64,000 nucleotides of DNA from contig JAOMDA010000005.1 in NCBI GenBank assembly GCA_028345295.1, positions 1,117-65,116 on the forward strand, given 5' to 3'. The notes below the pieces were generated by a model, which did not search any database, had not been told where the DNA came from, and was given only the letters and a program-made list of their open reading frames with translations. This DNA comes from Candidatus Nitrosopelagicus sp. (GTDB taxonomy: Archaea; Thermoproteota; Nitrososphaeria; Nitrososphaerales; Nitrosopumilaceae). This document shows positions 40,865-49,697 of the stretch, in pieces. The stretch's first letter is position 1. Every line of letters starts with the position of its first letter. A program made the translations under genes and the position numbers.

Positions 40865-41290
40865 ATGGTAGACAAGATTTGGATTGGAGGAATTTTTCTC
40901 AAAAATGAAGGCGGATATGAAATTGTTCTCAAATCACTTTCACATTATAAAAAACGCCTGCAAACCATAGGTAATAGTCCAGAACTCAAAGAGGCAGCTG
41001 CCATGTTTGCTCCTGTTCTACAACAGCAGGCAGTAAAAATAGTTCCACAAATTGATGTAACCGTATCAAAGATTCAGGATGCACTTTCTGATTCCATACC
41101 TGTTGATTCACTTGCTGATGATGTACCATTAATGCAAAGAGCACTGGAATGCTATCAATCAGACATAGAAAAGGCTGAAACCACAGGACATGAATATTTT
41201 CAAAAACTATTGGGTGATATTACTAGAGCAAAACAGGACTCGACAAATATAACACAGGCAATTGAGAAAATAAAACAGGTTTCAGTCTGA
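40865..41290 (+). CDS. Conserved hypothetical protein
   Basis: 141-aa helical ORF with a clean start. Confidence 0.7.
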   Translation: MVDKIWIGGIFLKNEGGYEIVLKSLSHYKKRLQTIGNSPELKEAAAMFAPVLQQQAVKIVPQIDVTVSKIQDALSDSIPVDSLADDVPLMQRALECYQSDIEKAETTGHEYFQKLLGDITRAKQDSTNITQAIEKIKQVSV

Positions 41291-41554
41291 CTTCTTTCGT
41301 TTTTTCCAAATTCTCAAGTAGTAACTAAGGCCAATTGTAACTCCTATACCAAGAATTACCCCCATTGTTATAGGGCTAAACGTATAATCATTTAGTATAC
41401 AGTTTTGAATCTGGGCATTAAGTGCATAATAACTTTCTAATACAGTATCTTCACGTATTGGAAGGTCATATTCTCTAAGTTCCCTGATTCTCTCCAGTAT
41501 TTTTTCCTGTATTGATTCTAATTCTGCTCTGTCATTTTGGCTACAGTCATACAC
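41282..41554 (-). CDS. Hypothetical protein with a C-terminal TM anchor; start uncertain
   Basis: ITMGVILGIGVTIGLSYYL followed by a basic tail. Confidence 0.5.
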   Translation of the reverse strand: MYDCSQNDRAELESIQEKILERIRELREYDLPIREDTVLESYYALNAQIQNCILNDYTFSPITMGVILGIGVTIGLSYYLRIWKKRKKSD

Positions 41555-41640
41555 GACATGATATGAATTTGATGTAGCATAACCATTACTAATTATGTAA
41601 AAGGAAACTCTTAGATTTCACAAAAACTATACTGGATCTG

Positions 41641-41880
41641 TTGATTGAAAAGCCATTTGATGCAAACAAGATGTATAACCAGATAGTTCATTATTACATA
41701 GACAAAAAGGGACTTACAAAAGAACAGGCAAACGATATTGCCGAACTGGTTGTAAAACGAGAAAAAAAGAGACGTATCTGCCAAAATACATCATGTGGAC
41801 ATTTTAATTCTAAGCATATTAGAAATGAAGAGCAATGCCTTGTCTTTGAGTGTAATTGTAGAAACTTTGTAAAAATCTGA
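41641..41880 (+). CDS. 79-aa Cys/His-rich putative metal-binding protein
   Basis: CQNTSCGH..H..CLVFECNC. Confidence 0.7.
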   Translation: MIEKPFDANKMYNQIVHYYIDKKGLTKEQANDIAELVVKREKKRRICQNTSCGHFNSKHIRNEEQCLVFECNCRNFVKI

Positions 41881-41952
41881 TTATTCTACAAGTATATAGT
41901 ACAAATATGAAATATAGATAAGCTAGATATATTCTGGAATACTAATTGATTT

Positions 41953-42090
41953 ATGAGAAATCTATTACGAAGGCTAAAAAACCAAAACTCCTTACATGTT
42001 ACTAGACATAAGGTTCTAATTTGCACAGATTGCGGTGAAATATCCATAAGATGTATTTGTGCAAGTAAAGAAATGTGTGAACGAAAATAA
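41953..42090 (+). CDS. 45-aa Cys-rich microprotein
   Basis: Translated by hand: MRNLLRRLKNQNSLHVTRHKVLICTDCGEISIRCICASKEMCERK. Confidence 0.55.
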   Translation: MRNLLRRLKNQNSLHVTRHKVLICTDCGEISIRCICASKEMCERK

Positions 42091-42156
42091 TAGAATTTCT
42101 TTAATTTCAAACATACGTATTGATACTAAATTATTGGAATCATAGAATAATGAAAT

Positions 42157-43479
42157 TTAATCAAGTTGAACAACTTTTAACTTAACTAAAAATTCAATTC
42201 CATTTATCAATTCTTCATCTGAGATTTTTTTTTCATAATTCCATATGAAAATATTATTCACCCAATCTGGCATTTGAATGATTTGAGATTCTATTTGTTC
42301 AGATATTGATGGTGTGCCGAGTGTAACCGAGCCTGTGAATGTACGAACAAGAATAGACTGTGATTGATCATTATATGTAATAACACCTGTAGTGCCTCTT
42401 TCTGCATTTGTTAGTACTTTCAAATTTGCTTTGCCAGTACTATCTACATTATCAAATATACCACTGTTTCTTCTAGTTTCATGAAATACAATCTTGTTAC
42501 CATCAATATTTTTGGCATCTCCGTTACTTTGAATGGCTAAAACTGAATTTGCAGTTACGTCAAAGAAACCACCGTCATCAAATCCCAAAGTCTTCAGATC
42601 AGATGCAGTTAGATCAGTATTTTCTGATGATAAAAACTGCTGATGTTCATTGTAGGATGTTGTATTGGATGTAAAGTCAAAAGTCCAGTTATCCTTTGAG
42701 GTTGGATCAATGTTAAGCATTGCGTCGTAAATTTCAATTTCAACTTGAGCACCTTTGGGATAAGATGTTCTGTCTGTTGACATTAAAACAAAATCTGATG
42801 TGTCATAATATTCAAGTGTGGTGCACTGATTATCACCGCTTTTTATGTAACAGATTTTGACAGGAGCACTTGCAAAATTATAGGCAGATATCCATGGCCA
42901 TGCCTCCTCATGATCAGAAATTTCATTAGATGAAATAATTCCTACTTGACCTCCATTAGTTATGCTATTATAATTTAGAGATGGTGCTCCTCGTATAACA
43001 GTAATAACATCATCTGTTTGATTTGTAAGATCACAATCAGCTGATGAAATCCAGACAGCAGTTGTATCATTAAACACACTTGTATCATCAATGCTTGTTG
43101 CAGATATTGCCTCATCAGGGCTACATGATGTACCAAATTCAAGACCAACATCCATTGTGTCAGCTGATAATATTGCATCAGCATTTGAAAAATATCCATA
43201 CCATCCACCATTAGAGGCTTGAACCATTGCAAGGGTATTACCATTTACCTCTACATTAGGTATTCCAACTGTGCCGCTTATTCTACTTGATATACTAGAA
43301 TCATTAACAATTACCTCCACAACTTGTGCACCGCCAAAAGTATTTTCAAAATCAGAATTTTCTGCAGAGACATACAGATTTTCATTATGTGTAGCATGAA
43401 CTAAAGGTAAAAAACTTGAAAGAAAAAATATCATAGTCATACAAGATATTATTCCAAATTTACACAATAATTCTTTCAT
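42157..43479 (-). CDS. Truncated S-layer protein paralogue with a thaumarchaeal C-terminal W-x-x-N-x-x-x-W domain
   Basis: NLYVSAEN..QVVEV..VNG..MVQA..WYGYF, LNIDPT..D.WTF and NSGIF..NAERGT match the N-terminus of Nitrosopumilus S-layer proteins as recalled; tail MPDWVNNIFIW..DEELINGIEFL. Confidence 0.75.
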   Translation of the reverse strand: MKELLCKFGIISCMTMIFFLSSFLPLVHATHNENLYVSAENSDFENTFGGAQVVEVIVNDSSISSRISGTVGIPNVEVNGNTLAMVQASNGGWYGYFSNADAILSADTMDVGLEFGTSCSPDEAISATSIDDTSVFNDTTAVWISSADCDLTNQTDDVITVIRGAPSLNYNSITNGGQVGIISSNEISDHEEAWPWISAYNFASAPVKICYIKSGDNQCTTLEYYDTSDFVLMSTDRTSYPKGAQVEIEIYDAMLNIDPTSKDNWTFDFTSNTTSYNEHQQFLSSENTDLTASDLKTLGFDDGGFFDVTANSVLAIQSNGDAKNIDGNKIVFHETRRNSGIFDNVDSTGKANLKVLTNAERGTTGVITYNDQSQSILVRTFTGSVTLGTPSISEQIESQIIQMPDWVNNIFIWNYEKKISDEELINGIEFLVKLKVVQLD

Positions 43480-43513
43480 TTCATCAATAATTAGTTATTA
43501 AATATAGACCTGA

Positions 43514-43526
43514 CGTATGCCATACG
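43514..43526. promoter_or_regulatory. Palindrome CGTATG-c-CATACG just upstream of the TATA box of the S-layer paralogue
   Basis: Exact 6+6 inverted repeat; TATATTTA on the minus strand at 43506-43499. Confidence 0.35.
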
Positions 43527-43669
43527 CATGTAAAAAGAACAAACATTCAGAATACTTTTAAATTATAATTTTCCAAAATTATTGGAATTTGAGAAAGTTA
43601 AATCGAATATATTTTGGTTAACTTATCTCTCTCTCCACTCTTTATATCTACAATAGTTATACATCGTTC

Positions 43670-43801
43670 ATGGTACTTTGTTGTATTTGCAAAAAGCAAG
43701 AAGGAAAATTAAAGATTAAAGAAGGAAATCCAAAGTATAAAGGAAAACCAATCTGTAAGGAATGTCAAGATACAAGAAAGTTGTTACTAAGTACAAAGTA
43801 A
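43670..43801 (+). CDS. 43-aa CxxC..CxxC zinc-finger microprotein
   Basis: Translated by hand: MVLCCICKKQEGKLKIKEGNPKYKGKPICKECQDTRKLLLSTK. Confidence 0.65.
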   Translation: MVLCCICKKQEGKLKIKEGNPKYKGKPICKECQDTRKLLLSTK

Positions 43802-43835
43802 CAAAATACTATATTTCAGCTAAACTATTAAAGAT

Positions 43836-45011
43836 ATGAAAGTAAATTTTGTACTGTTATTAGTTTGTACCACAGCTGTTTTTCTTCCAAATGCTTTTGC
43901 AGAAATTAAGGTTGAAACAGTCGTTGATGGTCTAAAAATACCCTGGGAGTTAGTTTTTGCGCCAGATGATTCAATCTACTTTACTGAAAGAGATGGAAAT
44001 TTGTGGCAAATTGAATCTGATGGATCATTAAAACTAATTGCAGAATTTCCTGCAAGCAATACCTACGAAGGTGGATTGCTAGGACTTGCCTTAGATCCTG
44101 ATTTTGAGCAAAATAATTTTTTATATCTATATCAGACATATGTGGAGTTACCGTCACATCAAAACAAAGTTGTAAGATTTACAGTTAGTAATGATAATCT
44201 AAAAGATGAATTTATTCTAATTGACAATATTCCTGGTGCACTATGGCATGATGGTGGCAGAATACACTTTGGACCAGATGGAATGCTGTATATCTCAACA
44301 GGTGATGCAATAAATCCAAGTCTATCTCAAGACATCAAATCTCTGGCAGGAAAGATTCTAAGAATAAACAGTGATGGAACGATTCCTGATGATAATCCAT
44401 TTGAAAATTCACCTGTCTATTCTTACGGTCATAGAAATTCACAGGGCTTTGATTGGAATTCAGAAAATATTTTGGTCGCATCAGAACATGGACCGTCCGG
44501 TGAGAAGGGTAGAGCACATGATGAAATTAACATAATTAAGCCAGGCCAAAACTATGGATGGCCTGAAATAGTTGGTGATTCAGATGATTTACGATTTATC
44601 AATCCAGCCTTACATAGCGGTGATGTAACTTGGGCTCCAAGTGGTGTGTTGTTTTATGACTCTGAAAAAATCCCAGAATGGAAAGACAAGTTTTTTGTTG
44701 CAACACTTAGAGGTGCGCATGTTATGATGTTGAATCTTGAAGCCGAACAAATAATCTCTTCAGAAAAAATTTTTAACGATGAATATGGAAGAATTAGGCA
44801 ACTTATTCAGAGTCCAGATGGTGACGTTTTCATGCTAACAAGCAATGGAGAAAACGATAAGATCTTACAAATTACAGATTTACAAACAACTACACTTACC
44901 GTAGAAACCAAACAAACTGAACGGCTGTCAACTGATTTATGGATTTATGCGGTAATTCTTGGAATAATTATTTCAGGAGGAATTATTGCATACAAGAAAT
45001 TAAGAAAATAA
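43836..45011 (+). CDS. PQQ-dependent glucose/sorbosone dehydrogenase family, secreted, with a C-terminal TM
   Basis: PWELVFAPD, GGLLGLALDPDF, HDGGRIHFGPDG, GKILRIN.DG.IP.DNPF, YGHRNSQG. Confidence 0.92.
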   Translation: MKVNFVLLLVCTTAVFLPNAFAEIKVETVVDGLKIPWELVFAPDDSIYFTERDGNLWQIESDGSLKLIAEFPASNTYEGGLLGLALDPDFEQNNFLYLYQTYVELPSHQNKVVRFTVSNDNLKDEFILIDNIPGALWHDGGRIHFGPDGMLYISTGDAINPSLSQDIKSLAGKILRINSDGTIPDDNPFENSPVYSYGHRNSQGFDWNSENILVASEHGPSGEKGRAHDEINIIKPGQNYGWPEIVGDSDDLRFINPALHSGDVTWAPSGVLFYDSEKIPEWKDKFFVATLRGAHVMMLNLEAEQIISSEKIFNDEYGRIRQLIQSPDGDVFMLTSNGENDKILQITDLQTTTLTVETKQTERLSTDLWIYAVILGIIISGGIIAYKKLRK

Positions 45012-45021
45012 ATTGAATAAA

Positions 45022-45711
45022 CTAATTTAATGACTTGACATAATTTTCAAGCTTTTGCTTTTTTTCTTCAGGTGATAATGGTAAATATTCTTGCCATTGT
45101 TTTTTCATGTCTACTTTCTTTGCATCTTTTTCTTCATCAGACATAGAATCCCATTGCATCTTCATCTGCATGAAATGAATAATCATTGCTGCTCTGTCTT
45201 GGATGGATAACGACTTCCAAGCATCTCCCATCTCTTTGAACTGTTTCTTCTTTTCTGCAATTTGTTCAGGTGTCATTCCCTTAAAATAATCATTCATTCT
45301 TTTGTCATATTTTTTGTCGTGATTGTTGCTATATTGGCCACGTTTATTTTTGTAAGAGTGTTTTGTAATTGGATCAGAAACATACAGTTGATCACCAGTT
45401 CCAGCATCAACCAGAACTTTGCTATATGCTCTGTCATCGTTCATCATAACAACCTTGTAAACCACAAAACCATTAATTTCTGAAAGTTTTCCATAAATGG
45501 CCTTACTGTCAGGTACAGCTTCTTCTGCTGCAGTCATTGCATCAACAAGTGAAATTTTGGTTGAATTTGTTGATTCACCAACTGGAATTGAACCTTGTAT
45601 TGCTGGATAGTTTGTTTTATCCCAGTCTGCAAAGGCAGGAGTTGCTCCAACTGATGTCACAAGAACACCAATAAGCATTAACGCCGCAAGTTTTCCTGAA
45701 ATTTGCTTCAT
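45022..45711 (-). CDS. Secreted PepSY-domain protein with a Met/Lys-rich helical repeat tail
   Basis: Signal peptide (PAFA); ISLVDAMTAAE..VYKV..VLVDAGTG; repeats of W/F..(L/M)S.(E/Q)(E/D)(K/R). Confidence 0.7.
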   Translation of the reverse strand: MKQISGKLAALMLIGVLVTSVGATPAFADWDKTNYPAIQGSIPVGESTNSTKISLVDAMTAAEEAVPDSKAIYGKLSEINGFVVYKVVMMNDDRAYSKVLVDAGTGDQLYVSDPITKHSYKNKRGQYSNNHDKKYDKRMNDYFKGMTPEQIAEKKKQFKEMGDAWKSLSIQDRAAMIIHFMQMKMQWDSMSDEEKDAKKVDMKKQWQEYLPLSPEEKKQKLENYVKSLN

Positions 45712-45745
45712 AACAACACGATTTTTGTATTCTATAAAAAATGAT

Positions 45746-46258
45746 CTACTGATTTATTACTAATGCTAATTTTTGCTGTAACTGCTGCCATTGCAATCTA
45801 ACTAAATCATCTATGCTAGTGTACCCCATTTCTCCTTTGTCTTCATTTCCTCCATCTTCGTGTGCACCATCTTCGTGTGAATGCTCACCTACCTGAATAA
45901 TAACTAAGCCAGAAATATTACTATGTGTCTTTGAGTACCAAGCCTTATTGGTAAAAGGTTCTCTTTCAATACTTTCTTCGCTGTATTTGTATGAAAATGA
46001 TTCTCCTGGGTTCAGCAGTGTAGCTTCAAACAGCCCATCATAACCATCTCTTGCATTTCCACTTGTAATATTAATTGACTCGGAAGTATTATTTGTCCAA
46101 ATAATTTCAGAGCCAATATCTGCTGATACTTCAAAGTTCTGTCTTGCTTTTGAATCTGTAATATCTATTTGTGCTTTCGTGTGATCGCCAAATGATGTTG
46201 AAGTGTATGATAAGCTAAATACCAGTACAAACAAAGCTAAGAATAGGATATATTTCAT
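45746..46258 (-). CDS. Secreted cupredoxin-fold protein lacking type-1 Cu ligands, with a His/acid tail
   Basis: IIWTNN..ITSG..DGLFE..LNPGESFSY fold pattern; YSKTHSNISG in place of C-x-x-H-x-x-M. Confidence 0.65.
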   Translation of the reverse strand: MKYILFLALFVLVFSLSYTSTSFGDHTKAQIDITDSKARQNFEVSADIGSEIIWTNNTSESINITSGNARDGYDGLFEATLLNPGESFSYKYSEESIEREPFTNKAWYSKTHSNISGLVIIQVGEHSHEDGAHEDGGNEDKGEMGYTSIDDLVRLQWQQLQQKLALVINQ

Positions 46259-46313
46259 AGATTTTGAAATTTTCTTGGTAATTTAATTAAAGATAGTACA
46301 ATTATGAAATGTA

Positions 46314-47603
46314 CTATGATGTTTTACCAATAGTTGCACGTCTTCTTTTATAGAAAATATATGCAGCTATGGCAAGAATTATGATAACCACAACTATTCC
46401 TATAGTAGAATCTCCATCACCAGTATTAGCTATAAGTGGTGCATTAACAAAAATTGTTGTATCATATGTAATAATGTGATCATTTCTCAATGAATCCTTG
46501 TATTTTATTTCAATTGTGATTTCATGCTCTCCATTACTTGCGGCTCCTATTGGAATGTTAAATGGAACCGGACTGTCTGGTTCTATTTCATCTATGTATT
46601 GTGTAGATTCCTGAATGTTAGAGTCACCACGTGGCTTTAGTGTCACAAATCCAAACAAACCATCAGAATTTCCCTGATTTAGTATGTCTCCTATCACTGT
46701 CTGCTTTCCAGACAAGTCAATTACCTTTACACCATAAACGTATGGATCAACTAATCCATTAATGTACAAATCAGTAACTCTTGTCACGGTTTTAGACTCT
46801 CCATGTGCATCATAATATGTAACTTCCATTGGTAAGTGAAGTGGTTCATTTTTAATATTTTCGGGAACAAAGATCTTAAAACTAAAACTCTCTGCAGAAT
46901 TTGGTGGGATTGTACCTACATCCCAATGTGTCTTATCAAAGATAACATTTTCAAGATTTTTTGATTTTGATGTGGCAGTAACTGATGTTTGATCATTTTT
47001 TAAGATTACATCAACATTTGATAGTGGTGCACTTCCTCCATTTGCTATCTTAATTATAACATCATTGTTTGTAATTGAAGTGATGTATGGAGTTAGTGGA
47101 GTTAAGTTAACAGTACTATCACCCGTTAATTTAAAACTAAAATCAAAGAAATCTTGTCTTTCACCAGACTCTCTAAGTCTAGAATAATCTACTTTTACAG
47201 TTCCCGAATAATTTGTAATTTCTGCTCCTTCTTTTACATCTACAAAAAATGTTAGATAAAACGAATTACCGGTTGTAGCCTTTTGAGAATTGTCAGCCAG
47301 AATTAATGCACTGCGGCCATCAGGAGATGCAAATTGTGCTGGAAGTAATAATTGTCCTTTGATTCCAGTTAGATCTTGTGTTCCAACATTTGCCATTGAG
47401 ATTGTAAATGGAACATTTTTGTCACCTGGACCAACTTCAATCTTTCCAGAAGATGTTCCAAAGTATGCGTCAAGGAATTTTATGCTAGTAATTGATTTTC
47501 GTAAAACTCCTTCTGGTGCGCCTATGGTACCTTCACTAAATGCAAGTGGAATTAATGGACTGACAACTAGTGCCATCATTAAAATCATACAAATGTTTCT
47601 CAT
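46314..47603 (-). CDS. COG1361-type S-layer-domain surface protein with a C-terminal TM
   Basis: Signal peptide, Ig-like beta repeats, C-terminal TM plus KRRR; typical partner of this exporter class. Confidence 0.8.
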   Translation of the reverse strand: MRNICMILMMALVVSPLIPLAFSEGTIGAPEGVLRKSITSIKFLDAYFGTSSGKIEVGPGDKNVPFTISMANVGTQDLTGIKGQLLLPAQFASPDGRSALILADNSQKATTGNSFYLTFFVDVKEGAEITNYSGTVKVDYSRLRESGERQDFFDFSFKLTGDSTVNLTPLTPYITSITNNDVIIKIANGGSAPLSNVDVILKNDQTSVTATSKSKNLENVIFDKTHWDVGTIPPNSAESFSFKIFVPENIKNEPLHLPMEVTYYDAHGESKTVTRVTDLYINGLVDPYVYGVKVIDLSGKQTVIGDILNQGNSDGLFGFVTLKPRGDSNIQESTQYIDEIEPDSPVPFNIPIGAASNGEHEITIEIKYKDSLRNDHIITYDTTIFVNAPLIANTGDGDSTIGIVVVIIILAIAAYIFYKRRRATIGKTS

Positions 47604-48304
47604 GCTACTATCTCCATTTGTGGTTCTTCTCCTTCAAATGAACGGCCGTCCTTGATTGTAATTATACGATCAACGTCTGGAAACTGATGCTTGTCGTGTG
47701 TAACAATGATAAATGTTTGATTGAATTCTCTAGCCATAGATTTCATGAGTTTTACAGTGTTTGCTGCAGTCACAGAATCTAGATTTCCAGTTGGCTCGTC
47801 TGCTAAAACTATAGTTGGGCTATTTACCAACCCCCTAGCAATTGCTACTCTTTGGGCTTGTCCACCAGAAATTTTGTTTGCCCTTTTTGGAATCTGATCC
47901 TCCAATCCAACTTTTATGAGCAGTTGCTTTGCTTTTTCTAGAACCTCAACAGAGTCCTGCTTGATTTGTTGTGGGAGCATGACATTTTCCAATACAGTAA
48001 GGTCTTGCAAGAGGTTAGAAAACTGGAAAACAAATCCTAGTTTTTTATTTCTATATTCTGAAACCTGGCTATCAGTTAGCTGTGTAGTTTCAGTATGATC
48101 TAAAATCACCTTACCATTGGTTGGTTTATCAAGAAGTCCAATCATATTAAGTAAAGTAGATTTTCCTGAACCAGAACTTCCAACAATCAAAACAAATTCC
48201 CCACGATTTATTGTCAATGATACATTATCTAATGCACGAACTTCTGTGTCTCCTGTACCAAAAATCTTGGTAACATTTTTGAGTTCTAATACAGTATCAG
48301 ACAG
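47600..48304 (-). CDS. LolD/MacB-type ABC ATP-binding subunit (start extended to CTG 48304)
   Basis: GSSGSGKST, ISGGQAQRVAIARG, ADEPTGNLD; conserved LELKNVTKIFG lies upstream of the track start. Confidence 0.92.
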   Translation of the reverse strand: MSDTVLELKNVTKIFGTGDTEVRALDNVSLTINRGEFVLIVGSSGSGKSTLLNMIGLLDKPTNGKVILDHTETTQLTDSQVSEYRNKKLGFVFQFSNLLQDLTVLENVMLPQQIKQDSVEVLEKAKQLLIKVGLEDQIPKRANKISGGQAQRVAIARGLVNSPTIVLADEPTGNLDSVTAANTVKLMKSMAREFNQTFIIVTHDKHQFPDVDRIITIKDGRSFEGEEPQMEIVA

Positions 48305-49583
48305 TTCTCATCGCCTCCACTGGAAGTAGTTTTGTCGCGCGATACGACGGATAAAGCGAAGCAATAACTGCTAGACCAAAAGCTAAAAATGCAGTTTGAC
48401 CAATTTTTTCCCAATTATAATTGACTTCAAGTGCTAAACTACCCTCAAACTGCATGTTTGTTACCTTTGCATATGTGGTATAAACGAGACCAAGTCCTGT
48501 GCCTACTGCGGCACCACACAAGCCAATCACCATTCCCTGAAAAATAAAAATAATCAAAATATCCTTTCTTTTTGCACCAATTGCACGCATTACACCAATT
48601 TCCCTTGTTTTACTACTGACAAGCATCATTTGGATTACAACTATCGCAAATGCAGATGACATCATTCCAAAATACCCAATTAAATTAATCATTGCAATTC
48701 CTGAACGGAATCCTGTGAGTGTTGATTCTGCTGATTGCTCAATATTTTCTACTAATAGATCATCATTTTGGTATGCAGCAGAAAATTGTGTAATTAAATC
48801 ATTTACAACTAATGAGTTTCTATCATTCATTCTTACAAGAATTGAATTTGATTCATCAGGTCTATCTAGCATGCTGCGCAGGGTATCAATGTGTACTATA
48901 ACACTATTATCAAATCCTTGACCACCAGCAGTTTTACTAATACCACTAACAACAAATCTCTTACTTACTTCTTCACCAACTCTATTTTCCATGATTAGTT
49001 TGATGTTATTACCAACTTTGACTTTACAATCGGCATCGAATTGAGCACCTGTTGATGTTACATCACCTGAACTTTCACCACCTCTTAGTGCAGATTTTAC
49101 ACCAACGTAACATCCACCAAGATCACGTGCGACATTTTCACCAACGACAATTGAGTTTCTTGCATAGACATATTGTCCTTCGTCAACTGTTTCATGAATC
49201 TTTGATGCTTGTAAATCAGAAACTGGCTCTACCCCTAATACAGGAACATCGTACTCTTCATTGATTTTTCCCATATTAAGAAATTCTATATCGGCTGTAC
49301 CACCAAGCCGCGGTGTCGCCGCCTTGACAGCTGAAAATCTTTCAAGCCACGCCGTATAAACAGAAGATGATCTTTCAATTGTTCCTTCTTCTTGATGTGT
49401 AATGAATACATCACCAAACCTATAATCAGACATATCACGAATAATTGCATCATAAATTCCCTGGAAGATTACAAAGTTAACATGAATTACTAAAATTCCA
49501 ATTGATACAGCAAGAACGGCACCAATCAAACTTCCTTTTTTGTTTACCAGCATTCTTGTTGCCAAGTTTAGTCTGTAATCCAT
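48297..49583 (-). CDS. MacB/FtsX-family ABC permease
   Basis: AVSIG, SIVVGENVA, KTREIGVMRAIGAKRKDI, SLYPSYRA..PVEAMR. Confidence 0.92.
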   Translation of the reverse strand: MDYRLNLATRMLVNKKGSLIGAVLAVSIGILVIHVNFVIFQGIYDAIIRDMSDYRFGDVFITHQEEGTIERSSSVYTAWLERFSAVKAATPRLGGTADIEFLNMGKINEEYDVPVLGVEPVSDLQASKIHETVDEGQYVYARNSIVVGENVARDLGGCYVGVKSALRGGESSGDVTSTGAQFDADCKVKVGNNIKLIMENRVGEEVSKRFVVSGISKTAGGQGFDNSVIVHIDTLRSMLDRPDESNSILVRMNDRNSLVVNDLITQFSAAYQNDDLLVENIEQSAESTLTGFRSGIAMINLIGYFGMMSSAFAIVVIQMMLVSSKTREIGVMRAIGAKRKDILIIFIFQGMVIGLCGAAVGTGLGLVYTTYAKVTNMQFEGSLALEVNYNWEKIGQTAFLAFGLAVIASLYPSYRATKLLPVEAMRTV

Positions 49584-49697
49584 TACCTATCTAAGATTGT
49601 CGAATATATAAGGCATATAAGTTTTAGAGTATCGATTAAGACAATTTACTATCAAAAACTATGTTTATATCTGTGTAATTAGTACAAACATTACAAA

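Noticed and set aside
41554-41622. Possible frameshifted signal peptide (MKSKSFLL../IISNGYA) upstream of ORF 41282-41554
   Set aside because: Weak hydrophobic core and no homologue available to test; too speculative
41886-42110. 74-aa minus-strand ORF from the track
   Set aside because: Atypical composition; the plus-strand Cys-rich ORF 41953-42090 is the better call
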